From IMG/VR virus record IMGVR_UViG_3300046532_001410: DNA of 64,000 nt, one strand, 5' to 3'. The stretch's first letter is position 1; every line of letters starts with the position of its first letter. Shown here in pieces: positions 20,304 through 29,476 of the stretch. The notes beneath the pieces are model-generated. The model did not search any database. It saw only the letters and a program-made list of their open reading frames with translations, and was not told the origin of the DNA. This DNA is from an uncultured virus (IMG/VR IMGVR_UViG_3300046532_001410). Its lineage: Duplodnaviria; Heunggongvirae; Uroviricota; Caudoviricetes. The position numbers were made by a program, and so were the translations under genes.

Positions 20304-21223
20304 TGAAAACTTTAATTGGGTTGGGATGTTCTCACACACAAGGTTCTGCGTTTGTAAAAAATTTTAATTCCAAAGATGAGTTAGGAGAAAGAACACAAAT
20401 TGTACCTGAACTTGAATTTGCAAGTGATGAATTAAAAAAACATTACAACAACACACTTACAACACACGAGTGGATTACAAAAAATTTAACTTGGATTGGA
20501 AAGTTAAACAACTATTTAAAGTATGATAAACTTTTAAATTTTGGGTTTGGGGGTCAAGGAGTTGAAGCTAATGTTAGAGCTATTCATAATTACATTTTTA
20601 AAGTTGGCGATTTATCAAATCATTTAATTATACACCAAGTACCACATTTTGATAGAAGTGAGTTTCTTGTTAAATTATTTAATATTTTTAATTATCCAAG
20701 TAATGAACGTATTATCGTCAGCGCAATCAAAACTCTGATTGCGGGAGATTTTTCAAAAATTGAAGGAGCTTATTTTAAACAGGCTATAGTAAAATCATAT
20801 GATGTAAACTTTAATACTTTTAAATTTATTTGGGAACTTTATCAATTACAAGATTTAATAGAATCTAAAGGTGGTGAATACAGATGTTTTAGTTTGGATT
20901 TTAATTGGGATAATGAAACATCAAAGCCCGATAATATTGTAAGAACTAAAATGGATGAGGTGGATAAATTTCGGGATATAATTGAGGATGATTATAAAAC
21001 TTATCATCCAGATGAAACAAATTTTCCACCTATTGAAGAAGTTATAGATAGAATAAATTGGTTGCCACTAAGTAGTGGAATAAACTTAAAGAATCAAAGG
21101 TTAGATACTGCTGGTTTAGTACCAGGTGATGGACACTTTACTGAAGAGGGAAATGAAAATATTGCAAACTACCTGTTTGGTGGGATAAAAAAATATGAAA
21201 AAACACTTAAAGAAAATAGTTAG
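20303..21223 (+). CDS. SGNH/GDSL-like protein
   Basis: GCSHTQG, NFGFGGQG and C-terminal DGHFTEEGN. Confidence 0.62.
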   Translation: MKTLIGLGCSHTQGSAFVKNFNSKDELGERTQIVPELEFASDELKKHYNNTLTTHEWITKNLTWIGKLNNYLKYDKLLNFGFGGQGVEANVRAIHNYIFKVGDLSNHLIIHQVPHFDRSEFLVKLFNIFNYPSNERIIVSAIKTLIAGDFSKIEGAYFKQAIVKSYDVNFNTFKFIWELYQLQDLIESKGGEYRCFSLDFNWDNETSKPDNIVRTKMDEVDKFRDIIEDDYKTYHPDETNFPPIEEVIDRINWLPLSSGINLKNQRLDTAGLVPGDGHFTEEGNENIANYLFGGIKKYEKTLKENS

Positions 21224-22250
21224 AAAATTAGATATACAAGATAAGTCAGAATTTGATTTTGTTTTAAATCAAAGTGAACGAATTACTAAATTACAATTTA
21301 TTGATTTTAATAAATTCATACAGAATCTTACTCAAGAAGATTTTATGCTTTATCCAAATACAGAAAATCTTAAAGAAAAACTATCTGAATTTTATGAAGT
21401 AAATACTGATGAATTATTTTTGTGTGCGGGTTCAGATGTTGGAATTAAAGCAGTATTTGAAACATTTACCGATGGTGGTAGAGTTGTAACCACAGACCCA
21501 TCATTTCCAATGTATAAAGTATATAGTGAATTATACCAATGTGAATACTTTGGAATACCACATGAAGAAAATAGACATACTATTTCAACGGAAAAGATAT
21601 TATCTAATATAACTGATAATACTGATTTAGTTATATTAGCAAATCCAAATAGTCCTATGGGTGAGTATAAATCATTTGATGAAATAGAAATAATATTACA
21701 ACAAGGTGTACCAGTATTAATAGATGAAGCATATATAGAATTTGTTAACGAAAGAAATTGTGAAAACTTTAGTGATACTTTAGTGAAAAAAATAAATGAA
21801 TATCCTAACTTAATTGTAACGAGAACTTTCTCAAAAGCATTTGGTGCTGCAGGGTGTCGTGTTGGAATGGTATTTTCAAATAAAAAAAATATTGAATTAA
21901 TTTCTAAATTCAGACAGATGTATGAGGTATCAGGAGTATCAGCAAAATATTGTGAATTTTTACTTGATAATTATGGGTTAACACAACAATATCTTTTAGA
22001 AGTAGAACGAGAAAAAGAAAAGGTGAAGTATATGTTATCACACTTTGATGTGATAGATTCATTTGCAAATTGGATACATTTTAATACGGAAGATGATAAT
22101 AAAAAAATAAAAAAAATTTTAGAGGATTATAATGTATTAGTGAAGTGGTGTACAATACCACACGACGATAGGAAAAATTGGTGTAGATTAACTATTGCAC
22201 CAGGTATTACTGATGAAGAATTTTTTGACGAGGTACGAGATGCAACTTGA
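21195..22250 (+). CDS. PLP-dependent class I/II aminotransferase or decarboxylase (HisC/CobD-like)
   Basis: ANPNSPMG, IDEAYIEF and RTFSKAFGAAGCRVG (PLP lysine). Confidence 0.9.
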   Translation: MKKHLKKIVRKLDIQDKSEFDFVLNQSERITKLQFIDFNKFIQNLTQEDFMLYPNTENLKEKLSEFYEVNTDELFLCAGSDVGIKAVFETFTDGGRVVTTDPSFPMYKVYSELYQCEYFGIPHEENRHTISTEKILSNITDNTDLVILANPNSPMGEYKSFDEIEIILQQGVPVLIDEAYIEFVNERNCENFSDTLVKKINEYPNLIVTRTFSKAFGAAGCRVGMVFSNKKNIELISKFRQMYEVSGVSAKYCEFLLDNYGLTQQYLLEVEREKEKVKYMLSHFDVIDSFANWIHFNTEDDNKKIKKILEDYNVLVKWCTIPHDDRKNWCRLTIAPGITDEEFFDEVRDAT

Positions 22251-23646
22251 TGAGTTAAATGTAAAATTTTTACAAAAGTTTTTTAAAGGACATGATGTAT
22301 ATTTTAGTAAATCTTTACCTTGGCAATTTTATAATTATGAAAATGGTAAGTATAACAAATCTACTAATATGCATGTTCGATTAGATTTTTTATTTTCAGA
22401 GTATGGATTTTTTAATGAAACATATAAAGAGCGAGATGTTCAATATTTAGATGATGCTGTATATGAAGATTTTGCTAAGTTTCACAGACAAAAAAGATAT
22501 ATTGTACAAGAGTTTATAGATAATGATGGCGTTTTTTCTAATCCAACACACCATTCATTTCGAGCAAAAAATAGAACTTCTACTTTAGATATAAATAATA
22601 TTGAATCAATAAACAACTTTAAACTGGTTACTCATCCAGGTAATACAAGATTTGCCGTATCTTGTTATATACAAGATAACTTAACATCAGCAATAATATA
22701 TTTTAATAAATCATATAATTTTAATCCACCAAAAGGTTTAGTTAAAATTACTAATATTCAAGGATTAGATGGATTATGGAAACCACATCATTATTTTAGC
22801 GAAGAGCAATCCAATTTAATATATGATTTTTATTTTGGGAATAAAGATAATTTAAAAAACGGAACTAAATATCATATTCCAACTCAGAGTAATGTATTAA
22901 AGTTGTGGAAGTTTCGTGTAGCCGATAATAGTATGTCAAGGTTTGAAAGATTCGGTTGGAAACGCTCAGCTGCAGAAAAACTCATTCAGCATGGTGTACT
23001 ACAAGCTGATTCAAATAGTTACTTAGCTTGTGTTTTTGATTCATCTAAAGATATCGGAATTATTGTAGATGAAAAACCATTAACTATTTATACAAATTCT
23101 GATATTGATATAAAAGAGTATTTTTTAAATATTAGAAGTGAATTAATAAATATGACTATAAAAATGAATGCTATTACCGATGAGAAAAATAAACATCACG
23201 TACCTGAAATACCTAAGTTGGAATATCAGTTTTACGTTGATAGGGATATGATAGAAAAACATTTTAAGTTTGAGGTTAAAGTTGTTGATACAAAACCAAC
23301 TGATATACCTAAGTTAAATAAGTATAAAGGTTTTGCCATATGGATAGATAAGGATAAACTACAAGATATTAATCGTGAAATTTATGAACTATTATTTTAT
23401 ACACGGAGAGATGTTAAAGTTGCTAAAACTGATGACGGAAAGGTAGAAGTTATTAATTGTAGAAAAAAAGTTTCAAATTTTGATTACAATTTTGGAGTTA
23501 AGAATACACCACTACTTGAGTGGGGTATCAAAGATAGTTTTTTAAAATGTGACTCGGAATTTGATTTAGATAATATCAACCACAATGTACACAGCGGTCA
23601 GCTGAATGTGCAAGATGAAATTGCAGATGAGATGGGTATAGAATGA
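22240..23646 (+). CDS. Hypothetical protein, possible N-terminal ParB/Srx-like motif
   Basis: Long ORF; GAGGT before ATG 22240; HPGNTRF weakly resembles GxxR. Confidence 0.5.
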   Translation: MQLDELNVKFLQKFFKGHDVYFSKSLPWQFYNYENGKYNKSTNMHVRLDFLFSEYGFFNETYKERDVQYLDDAVYEDFAKFHRQKRYIVQEFIDNDGVFSNPTHHSFRAKNRTSTLDINNIESINNFKLVTHPGNTRFAVSCYIQDNLTSAIIYFNKSYNFNPPKGLVKITNIQGLDGLWKPHHYFSEEQSNLIYDFYFGNKDNLKNGTKYHIPTQSNVLKLWKFRVADNSMSRFERFGWKRSAAEKLIQHGVLQADSNSYLACVFDSSKDIGIIVDEKPLTIYTNSDIDIKEYFLNIRSELINMTIKMNAITDEKNKHHVPEIPKLEYQFYVDRDMIEKHFKFEVKVVDTKPTDIPKLNKYKGFAIWIDKDKLQDINREIYELLFYTRRDVKVAKTDDGKVEVINCRKKVSNFDYNFGVKNTPLLEWGIKDSFLKCDSEFDLDNINHNVHSGQLNVQDEIADEMGIE

Positions 23647-24470
23647 ATAAACCAAGAATATTATTTATAACACCAATAAACCATTTAAGAGATTTTTATA
23701 GTGAGGTGTTTAAAGCATATGAATTTTTAGAATTGCTTGAACCTACATATGACGATGTTAAATTACACATTGGAAAATTTGATATATTGTTTTGTGCACC
23801 AAATTTTCAAAACTTTGTTATTGATGAGGAGTTAATTAAAGATTCAAACATACAATGTATTGTTTCACCATCTACAGGTTTAAATCATATCGATGTTGAT
23901 TCAGTACCGATTATATCTATTAAGAATGATGAAATTCTTGAATCAATATGGTCTACAGCAGAACATACTTTACATTTAATTTTATCAATAGTTAGACATA
24001 CAGAACCATCTATTGAATTGCACGATAAAACTTTAGGTATTATAGGTGATGGTAGATTAGGTAAGATGGTTGAGTATTTATGCCAGAATCTATTTAAGAA
24101 AGTTATAGTAGTTGATAAAGATTATGGGGATAAAGAAAAGTTATTTTTTGAATCTGATATTGTTTCATTGCATGTAGATTTAAATCCATCTTCATATGAA
24201 ATGATAAATAAAAACTATATGCAACAATTTAGAAAAGATATTTATTTAGTTAATACATCTCGTGGTGAAATAGTAAATGAAGAAGATATAAATGAACTTT
24301 TATTAAAAGATAGGATATGTGGTTATGCTACAGATGTTCTACAGACAGAATATGTAGATGAACAATCTATATTGGAATCAAATCATAAAGTATTGATAAC
24401 ACCACATATAGCTGGAACATCAATAGAAGCACAAGAAAAAGCATATCAAAGAGTATTGGAGAAAATATGA
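23643..24470 (+). CDS. D-isomer-specific 2-hydroxyacid dehydrogenase (SerA-like)
   Basis: TGLNHID, TAEH, GIIGDGRLG, NTSRG and TPHIAG. Confidence 0.9.
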   Translation: MNKPRILFITPINHLRDFYSEVFKAYEFLELLEPTYDDVKLHIGKFDILFCAPNFQNFVIDEELIKDSNIQCIVSPSTGLNHIDVDSVPIISIKNDEILESIWSTAEHTLHLILSIVRHTEPSIELHDKTLGIIGDGRLGKMVEYLCQNLFKKVIVVDKDYGDKEKLFFESDIVSLHVDLNPSSYEMINKNYMQQFRKDIYLVNTSRGEIVNEEDINELLLKDRICGYATDVLQTEYVDEQSILESNHKVLITPHIAGTSIEAQEKAYQRVLEKI

Positions 24471-25027
24471 AGAATTTAGAGTATTATAAATCAAGATTAG
24501 TTGCAAGTGATAGTAAATATTTAGGTGCATATAATCACATAGTTAAAAATAAACCTAAATTTATAGTTGAGTATGGTGGTGGTAAAAGTACTTATAACTT
24601 AACTGAATTAGTAAACTTTTTAGATTATGGGGGTAAAGTAGTTGGTTATGAGTGTAATTCGCATTGGTATAATGACCATATAGAAAAGGGTTGGAATAAA
24701 TACAACAATATAAAACGTGTGGACATTACAGAATCCACAGAATTTAACATTACTGGAGTTAGGTATATTCATCCAATAGAAGATATTAAAGAAGTTGATT
24801 TTGTTATTATAGATGGACCTGATTTAAGAGATTTTGAATCAGACCCAAGCACCACATTTAATTTAATGGATATCGTTAATCACTTAGGTTATGAAATTCC
24901 ATATTTTATTGATGGTAGAACGGGAACAAGAGATTTTTATAAAAAGAATTTAGAACGCCCAAATAAATTTTTTTCATGTAATTACAAAACAGATGTAGGA
25001 GATAAAAAGAATGAAATTAATAGCTGA
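24467..25027 (+). CDS. Class I SAM-dependent methyltransferase-like protein
   Basis: IVEYGGGKST and DFVIIDGP. Confidence 0.7.
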   Translation: MKNLEYYKSRLVASDSKYLGAYNHIVKNKPKFIVEYGGGKSTYNLTELVNFLDYGGKVVGYECNSHWYNDHIEKGWNKYNNIKRVDITESTEFNITGVRYIHPIEDIKEVDFVIIDGPDLRDFESDPSTTFNLMDIVNHLGYEIPYFIDGRTGTRDFYKKNLERPNKFFSCNYKTDVGDKKNEINS

Positions 25028-25823
25028 ATTATGTCAAAACCATAATGGTGATATGAATATTGTAAAGGATATGGTGGTGAAAGCAAAGTATAGTGGAGCA
25101 GATATAGTTAAAATTCAATCAATCAAAGCAGATTCACTAACTAAAAGAGAAGAGTATGAATCATTTAGAAAATACTCGGATGAATATCAAAGATTTAAAT
25201 CATTAGAATTATCTTATGATGATGAAAAAGAGTTTATACATACGGCAAAGGTTAACAACATTATACCAATGACAACAATATTTAGTCCTAATCATTATGA
25301 TTATTATAATAGTTTAGGATATGATTATTTAAAGTTAAGTGGGTATTCAATGAGAGCATTTGATTTTGGAAAAAAATTAGATAAATTTAATTTTAAACAC
25401 TTAGTATTTTCCACTTCAAGTTTACACTTACACGATATTGAAAAGTGTATTAAAAATTTACAAGGAGTTGATTTTACAATATTGTATTGTGTTTGTTTAT
25501 ACCCAACACCATTTGAAAAATTAAACTTATCATCAATAGAACATTTAAAAACTCTACACGATAAGATAGGGTTTAGTGACCATTCGGATAATTTATTACC
25601 AAGTAAACAGGCAATCTTTCAAGGTATTGATATGTTAGAAAAACACTTCACTATATTGAATAAAGATAAAACGCGAGATGGGAAGGTTTCAGTTACACCA
25701 GAAGAATTACAAGAGTTAAAAACATTTAGTAATTATACAAAAGATGGTCAGTATTTAGCATTAAATGGATTTAATGAGGAACAACGATTTAATCACGAAT
25801 ACTACCAAGGGCGTTTTGAGTAA
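25011..25823 (+). CDS. neuB: N-acetylneuraminate/nonulosonate synthase family protein (no C-terminal SAF domain)
   Basis: IAELCQNHNGD, GADIVKIQ, YPTP, GFSDHS, EKHFT and RDGKVS. Confidence 0.88.
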   Translation: MKLIAELCQNHNGDMNIVKDMVVKAKYSGADIVKIQSIKADSLTKREEYESFRKYSDEYQRFKSLELSYDDEKEFIHTAKVNNIIPMTTIFSPNHYDYYNSLGYDYLKLSGYSMRAFDFGKKLDKFNFKHLVFSTSSLHLHDIEKCIKNLQGVDFTILYCVCLYPTPFEKLNLSSIEHLKTLHDKIGFSDHSDNLLPSKQAIFQGIDMLEKHFTILNKDKTRDGKVSVTPEELQELKTFSNYTKDGQYLALNGFNEEQRFNHEYYQGRFE

Positions 25824-26631
25824 AGTAAGTTACATATTAGTTTGGTCAGATACAAACACAATGAATCGAAATGATTCTAAAAGTTACAATGTTGATGAAA
25901 GGGTTAATAAAGAGTTATTAAAACATACATTAAATTTAATTGACCAAATATTAGAAATGAATCCACACGAAATATTAATTATGGATAATGAGGGTAATTT
26001 TCCTAAACACGAAAATCCACTGGTTAAAGTTATACCATCATATCAATCAGTTGGTTACTTTGATAATGATAGACCAAAGTGGTTAGATAAAATTAACATT
26101 AGTGATTATCGCGAAGATTTTGATTTTAGTGCTGCAAAATCAACTGCTATGGCATACAATCACGGAATAATAAAATCAAGTGGTGATTACTTAGTAATAC
26201 AACATAATGATACATTATATCTTGATAACATTATAGAAGAACAAATAGAATTTTTGGAAAAAGAAAACTACGAATATATCACAATTGATAAAAAACCACC
26301 GAAACATGAAGAGTATGAAAAATACGAATACTTTGCAGATTGTTATTGGTTTTTATGTAGAGGTGATTTTTACTCTAAACACAACATTTGGGTAGATTGG
26401 ATTAGGGGAGATAACAATCACTTGGCAACCATTACTTGTAAAGATAAAGAATTAAAGTATTTACACTTGCCTGGATTTTATGAAAATAGGGAAACCGATT
26501 CACCAAAATTTGAAGAAAGTTATGGTTACAATAGAAAGGTTGGAAACTTACATGCATTTAACGATAAACCATTTTTAATTCACAGAAAAGGTGGAACAGG
26601 TTTATACAGAATACTTGAGGAAAAGAGATGA
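25816..26631 (+). CDS. GT2/GT-A-like glycosyltransferase
   Basis: EILIMDN and AYNHGIIKSSGDYLVIQHND. Start uncertain (TTG 25816 or ATG 25765). Confidence 0.6.
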   Translation: MSKVSYILVWSDTNTMNRNDSKSYNVDERVNKELLKHTLNLIDQILEMNPHEILIMDNEGNFPKHENPLVKVIPSYQSVGYFDNDRPKWLDKINISDYREDFDFSAAKSTAMAYNHGIIKSSGDYLVIQHNDTLYLDNIIEEQIEFLEKENYEYITIDKKPPKHEEYEKYEYFADCYWFLCRGDFYSKHNIWVDWIRGDNNHLATITCKDKELKYLHLPGFYENRETDSPKFEESYGYNRKVGNLHAFNDKPFLIHRKGGTGLYRILEEKR

Positions 26632-27419
26632 TATTATTAACAAACGGAGATAGTTGGACACAAGGTGATTACCCTGCACAAGATTTAAATTGGAAAGCAA
26701 CAAAAACCTTAGATTGGTATGATATAGTTCCAAATTTCGGTAATAAATTTTCACCAACAGAATCCAAACCACCAAAAGGTGAAAGGAACACACTATATAA
26801 ATTTTATGGTAGTGATGTATGGCCAAAAGTATTAGGAAAAAAACTTGGTGTTGAAACTTGGAATGCTGGTAGATTAGGTGATAGTAATGATAGGATATTT
26901 AGAACTACAATTGGTTCTATTGAGTATTTAGAATCACTCGGTAAGAAAGATTTTTTTGTTGTGATAGGATTAACATCTATGTTTAGATATGAAACTTGGA
27001 ATGATACAAGTATTACACAGAATGAAAATAAATTAAAAGGTAAATGGATAGATGCACGAGTATTACCACCCGAATATTTAGATTTTGCAAAAGAATCATT
27101 AGTACATAGACTTTGTTTAAATATAATCAATCTTCAAAATTTTTTAAAAGTAAGAAATATACCATATTTAATATTTAATTGTTTTGATGATTTTGATGAG
27201 GAGATTCGAGAAGATTCTTTTTTCAAGTATATTGATTTAGATTATATTTATAATAAAGACTTTAAACCACATTTTAGACTCGGTGTAGAAACTGAGTTTA
27301 ATACAAATTGGGGTAATAATGATGATTATTTCCGCACAAATCATCCTACCGATAAATCTCATATAAAATGGGGTGAACAATTAAACAAATATATAAGGAG
27401 TAACTATGAATTTTTTTAA
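26628..27419 (+). CDS. SGNH/GDSL-like protein
   Basis: NGDSWTQG, GDSNDRIFR and C-terminal NHPT. Confidence 0.7.
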   Translation: MILLTNGDSWTQGDYPAQDLNWKATKTLDWYDIVPNFGNKFSPTESKPPKGERNTLYKFYGSDVWPKVLGKKLGVETWNAGRLGDSNDRIFRTTIGSIEYLESLGKKDFFVVIGLTSMFRYETWNDTSITQNENKLKGKWIDARVLPPEYLDFAKESLVHRLCLNIINLQNFLKVRNIPYLIFNCFDDFDEEIREDSFFKYIDLDYIYNKDFKPHFRLGVETEFNTNWGNNDDYFRTNHPTDKSHIKWGEQLNKYIRSNYEFF

Positions 27420-27507
27420 ACGACTATGGAACAAACTCATTACTGAGATTAAGTTTCGCAAAAAATTAAAAGAGATTAAAAAACGAGACCCGTTCATATA
27501 CAAATGA
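27406..27507 (+). CDS. Small basic protein, 33 aa (MNFFKRLWNKLITEIKFRKKLKEIKKRDPFIYK), below the ORF-track cutoff
   Basis: AGGAG at 27396-27400 and ATG at 27406; its TGA overlaps the next ATG (ATGA) and it fills the gap exactly. Confidence 0.75.
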   Translation: MNFFKRLWNKLITEIKFRKKLKEIKKRDPFIYK

Positions 27508-28307
27508 TGTACAAACAATTTCTACCAGATACACCACTTGAATATAAAAAATCATATGATTCACATTTAGCAGATGCTGGTGAAGAATTTTTAAAAATGG
27601 TTGAGGATAGAGAATTATTGAAATCTTTTAATTCTTCTAACGGAAACCCATATAGATGGACTTATGGTGAAACAAGTGGGATGACACTCAAAAACGATTC
27701 TAAAGAATGTTATGATTTTTATGTAGATAATTTTGAGAAATATCTTGGAGTAAAAAATATTAGTATTAAGGTGGATAAACTATATCCACCAAGTGAGCAA
27801 TTTGATATTATAAACTTTAGTACTTCTCGTGTTCCAGGTATTGAACCAAGTAAAGAAGCAATCGAATATAAACAGAAGTTAGATAAATTAGATGAACGGA
27901 AAAATTTTGATGATTGGATAACTGCATGGTGGCATATGGATTATGGATTTTCTTTAAACTCATATAAGCTTATAGTTTATTTGAATGATGTGGAAAAGGA
28001 TACAGGTGGAATTTTAATTTCTAATCCTACAATAACACCACATTTAGAAGATGGTAGATTTCGGTGGTATTATGATAATGATGAATTGAAACTCAATGTG
28101 GAATCTATTACTACAGATAATGTTCCACGCGAAGAAATAATAGGACCAAAGGGTACTGCTGTATGTTTTAATTCACATATTGCTCACACTGCAAAATTAC
28201 CTTTACATAGTTGTAGAAAAGCTTTACATTTTGTTATCGAGGGTAATCCTATGAAACCATATGAATATTATTCTGGTGGAGATAGGAGAAATATAACCGA
28301 TGGATGA
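27504..28307 (+). CDS. 2OG-Fe(II) dioxygenase (PhyH-like)
   Basis: WHMD (HxD), VYLNDV, GPKGTAVCFNSHIAH and distal R. Confidence 0.75.
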   Translation: MMYKQFLPDTPLEYKKSYDSHLADAGEEFLKMVEDRELLKSFNSSNGNPYRWTYGETSGMTLKNDSKECYDFYVDNFEKYLGVKNISIKVDKLYPPSEQFDIINFSTSRVPGIEPSKEAIEYKQKLDKLDERKNFDDWITAWWHMDYGFSLNSYKLIVYLNDVEKDTGGILISNPTITPHLEDGRFRWYYDNDELKLNVESITTDNVPREEIIGPKGTAVCFNSHIAHTAKLPLHSCRKALHFVIEGNPMKPYEYYSGGDRRNITDG

Positions 28308-28689
28308 GAAAGAGTTCTTTGAAGTTTTATATCCACCAACATCACATTATATAGGGTTGGATAAAGTTAATATTGAAGTGGTACATCCATTAGAATATTG
28401 GGATAGACCACGAACAAAACATGAAGGACCAGTTTGTAAGTGTGTAGGTGAGAATACAAACAAAGCATTGTTTGAATACTTTATGAAATTAATTAAAAAG
28501 GGTATTCATCTACCTATATATCTTAATAGTAAAAATCAGATAATGGATGGGTGGCATAGGTTTCACGCATACTATTATTTGGGTTATACTATAATTCCAT
28601 TTTATAGAAATAAATTATCAAGACCACACGGATTTTGTTGGAAAACCGGGTTAGAAGGTCGTAGGAGATTACGTACTAAAACTTGGTAG
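28300..28689 (+). CDS. Small ParB/Sulfiredoxin-like domain protein
   Basis: IKKGIHLPIYL...IMDGWHRF. Confidence 0.65.
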   Translation: MDEKEFFEVLYPPTSHYIGLDKVNIEVVHPLEYWDRPRTKHEGPVCKCVGENTNKALFEYFMKLIKKGIHLPIYLNSKNQIMDGWHRFHAYYYLGYTIIPFYRNKLSRPHGFCWKTGLEGRRRLRTKTW

Positions 28690-28693
28690 TTTT

Positions 28694-28701
28694 ATATTTA
28701 T
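28694..28701 (+). promoter_or_regulatory. ATATTTAT motif, putative late promoter at start of head/cargo block
   Basis: Intergenic; followed by GGAG and ATG 28735. Confidence 0.6.
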
Positions 28702-28734
28702 AAGTGTAAGATTATACACATATTGGAGTTTTTG

Positions 28735-29475
28735 ATGATTAAATTAATGGATTTATTAAACGAGGGTGTACAAGATAAAGGTATATTCAAAGCAGTATTC
28801 CTTGCAGGTGGACCTGGAAGTGGTAAAACTTATGCAGCTAAACAGATATTTGGTATTCCAGACAAGTTCAATATCAGTATGAGTGGTATGAAAATGGTAA
28901 ACTCTGATAAAGAATTGAAATTTTTATTAAAGAAATTCCACTTTGGTACTGATTTAGATAAAATGCCTGATGAAGTATTTAAAAATTTAACAGATGATAG
29001 TTTACCAGATTCAAGTGGACTACGAAAATTTGGAAAATCACTTACTAAAGAGAGAATGAGATTATATCGACAAGGAAAATTGGGTATGATTATTGATGGC
29101 ACAGGACACGATTTTGGTAAGATACAAACAATGAAATCTGAGTTAGAGGCAGATGGATATGATACATATATGGTAATGGTGAACACATCATTAGAGGTTG
29201 CACAACAAAGAAATCAAGAACGAGATAGAATTTTACCACCAAAATTATTAAAAAAATCTTGGGAAGATGTACAACAGAATCTTGGTTCTTTTCAATCATT
29301 ATTTAAAAACAATTTCGTGATAGTTGATAATTCAAAACATCTATCCGATGAAGAAGCGGAGGCAAAATTTGTTCCATTGGTTACTAAAGTTGTTAGAAAA
29401 TTTGTGGGGCAACCCATCAAAAACAAACTCGGAAAGCTATGGGTTGGTAAACAGAAATTACTTAGGAGAAAATAA
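28735..29475 (+). CDS. P-loop kinase (zeta-toxin/polynucleotide-kinase-like fold) with MIKL...NE leader
   Basis: LAGGPGSGKT, VNSD, IIDGTG and VNTSLEVAQQRNQERDR lid; N-terminus MIKLMDLLNEG. Confidence 0.82.
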   Translation: MIKLMDLLNEGVQDKGIFKAVFLAGGPGSGKTYAAKQIFGIPDKFNISMSGMKMVNSDKELKFLLKKFHFGTDLDKMPDEVFKNLTDDSLPDSSGLRKFGKSLTKERMRLYRQGKLGMIIDGTGHDFGKIQTMKSELEADGYDTYMVMVNTSLEVAQQRNQERDRILPPKLLKKSWEDVQQNLGSFQSLFKNNFVIVDNSKHLSDEEAEAKFVPLVTKVVRKFVGQPIKNKLGKLWVGKQKLLRRK

Positions 29476-29476
29476 A

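Noticed and set aside
28300..28689. ParB as a plasmid/prophage partition system
   Set aside because: No ParA, HTH or parS-like repeats nearby; the context is biosynthetic.
1..28689. Bacterial chromosomal capsule/LPS locus with an adjacent prophage
   Set aside because: No transport or polymerase genes (wzx/wzy/ABC), no integration boundary, and the same gene packing and promoter motif as the phage structural block.
28735..29475. Zeta toxin-antitoxin module
   Set aside because: No adjacent epsilon-like antitoxin gene; the leader and late-gene context fit virion cargo better.
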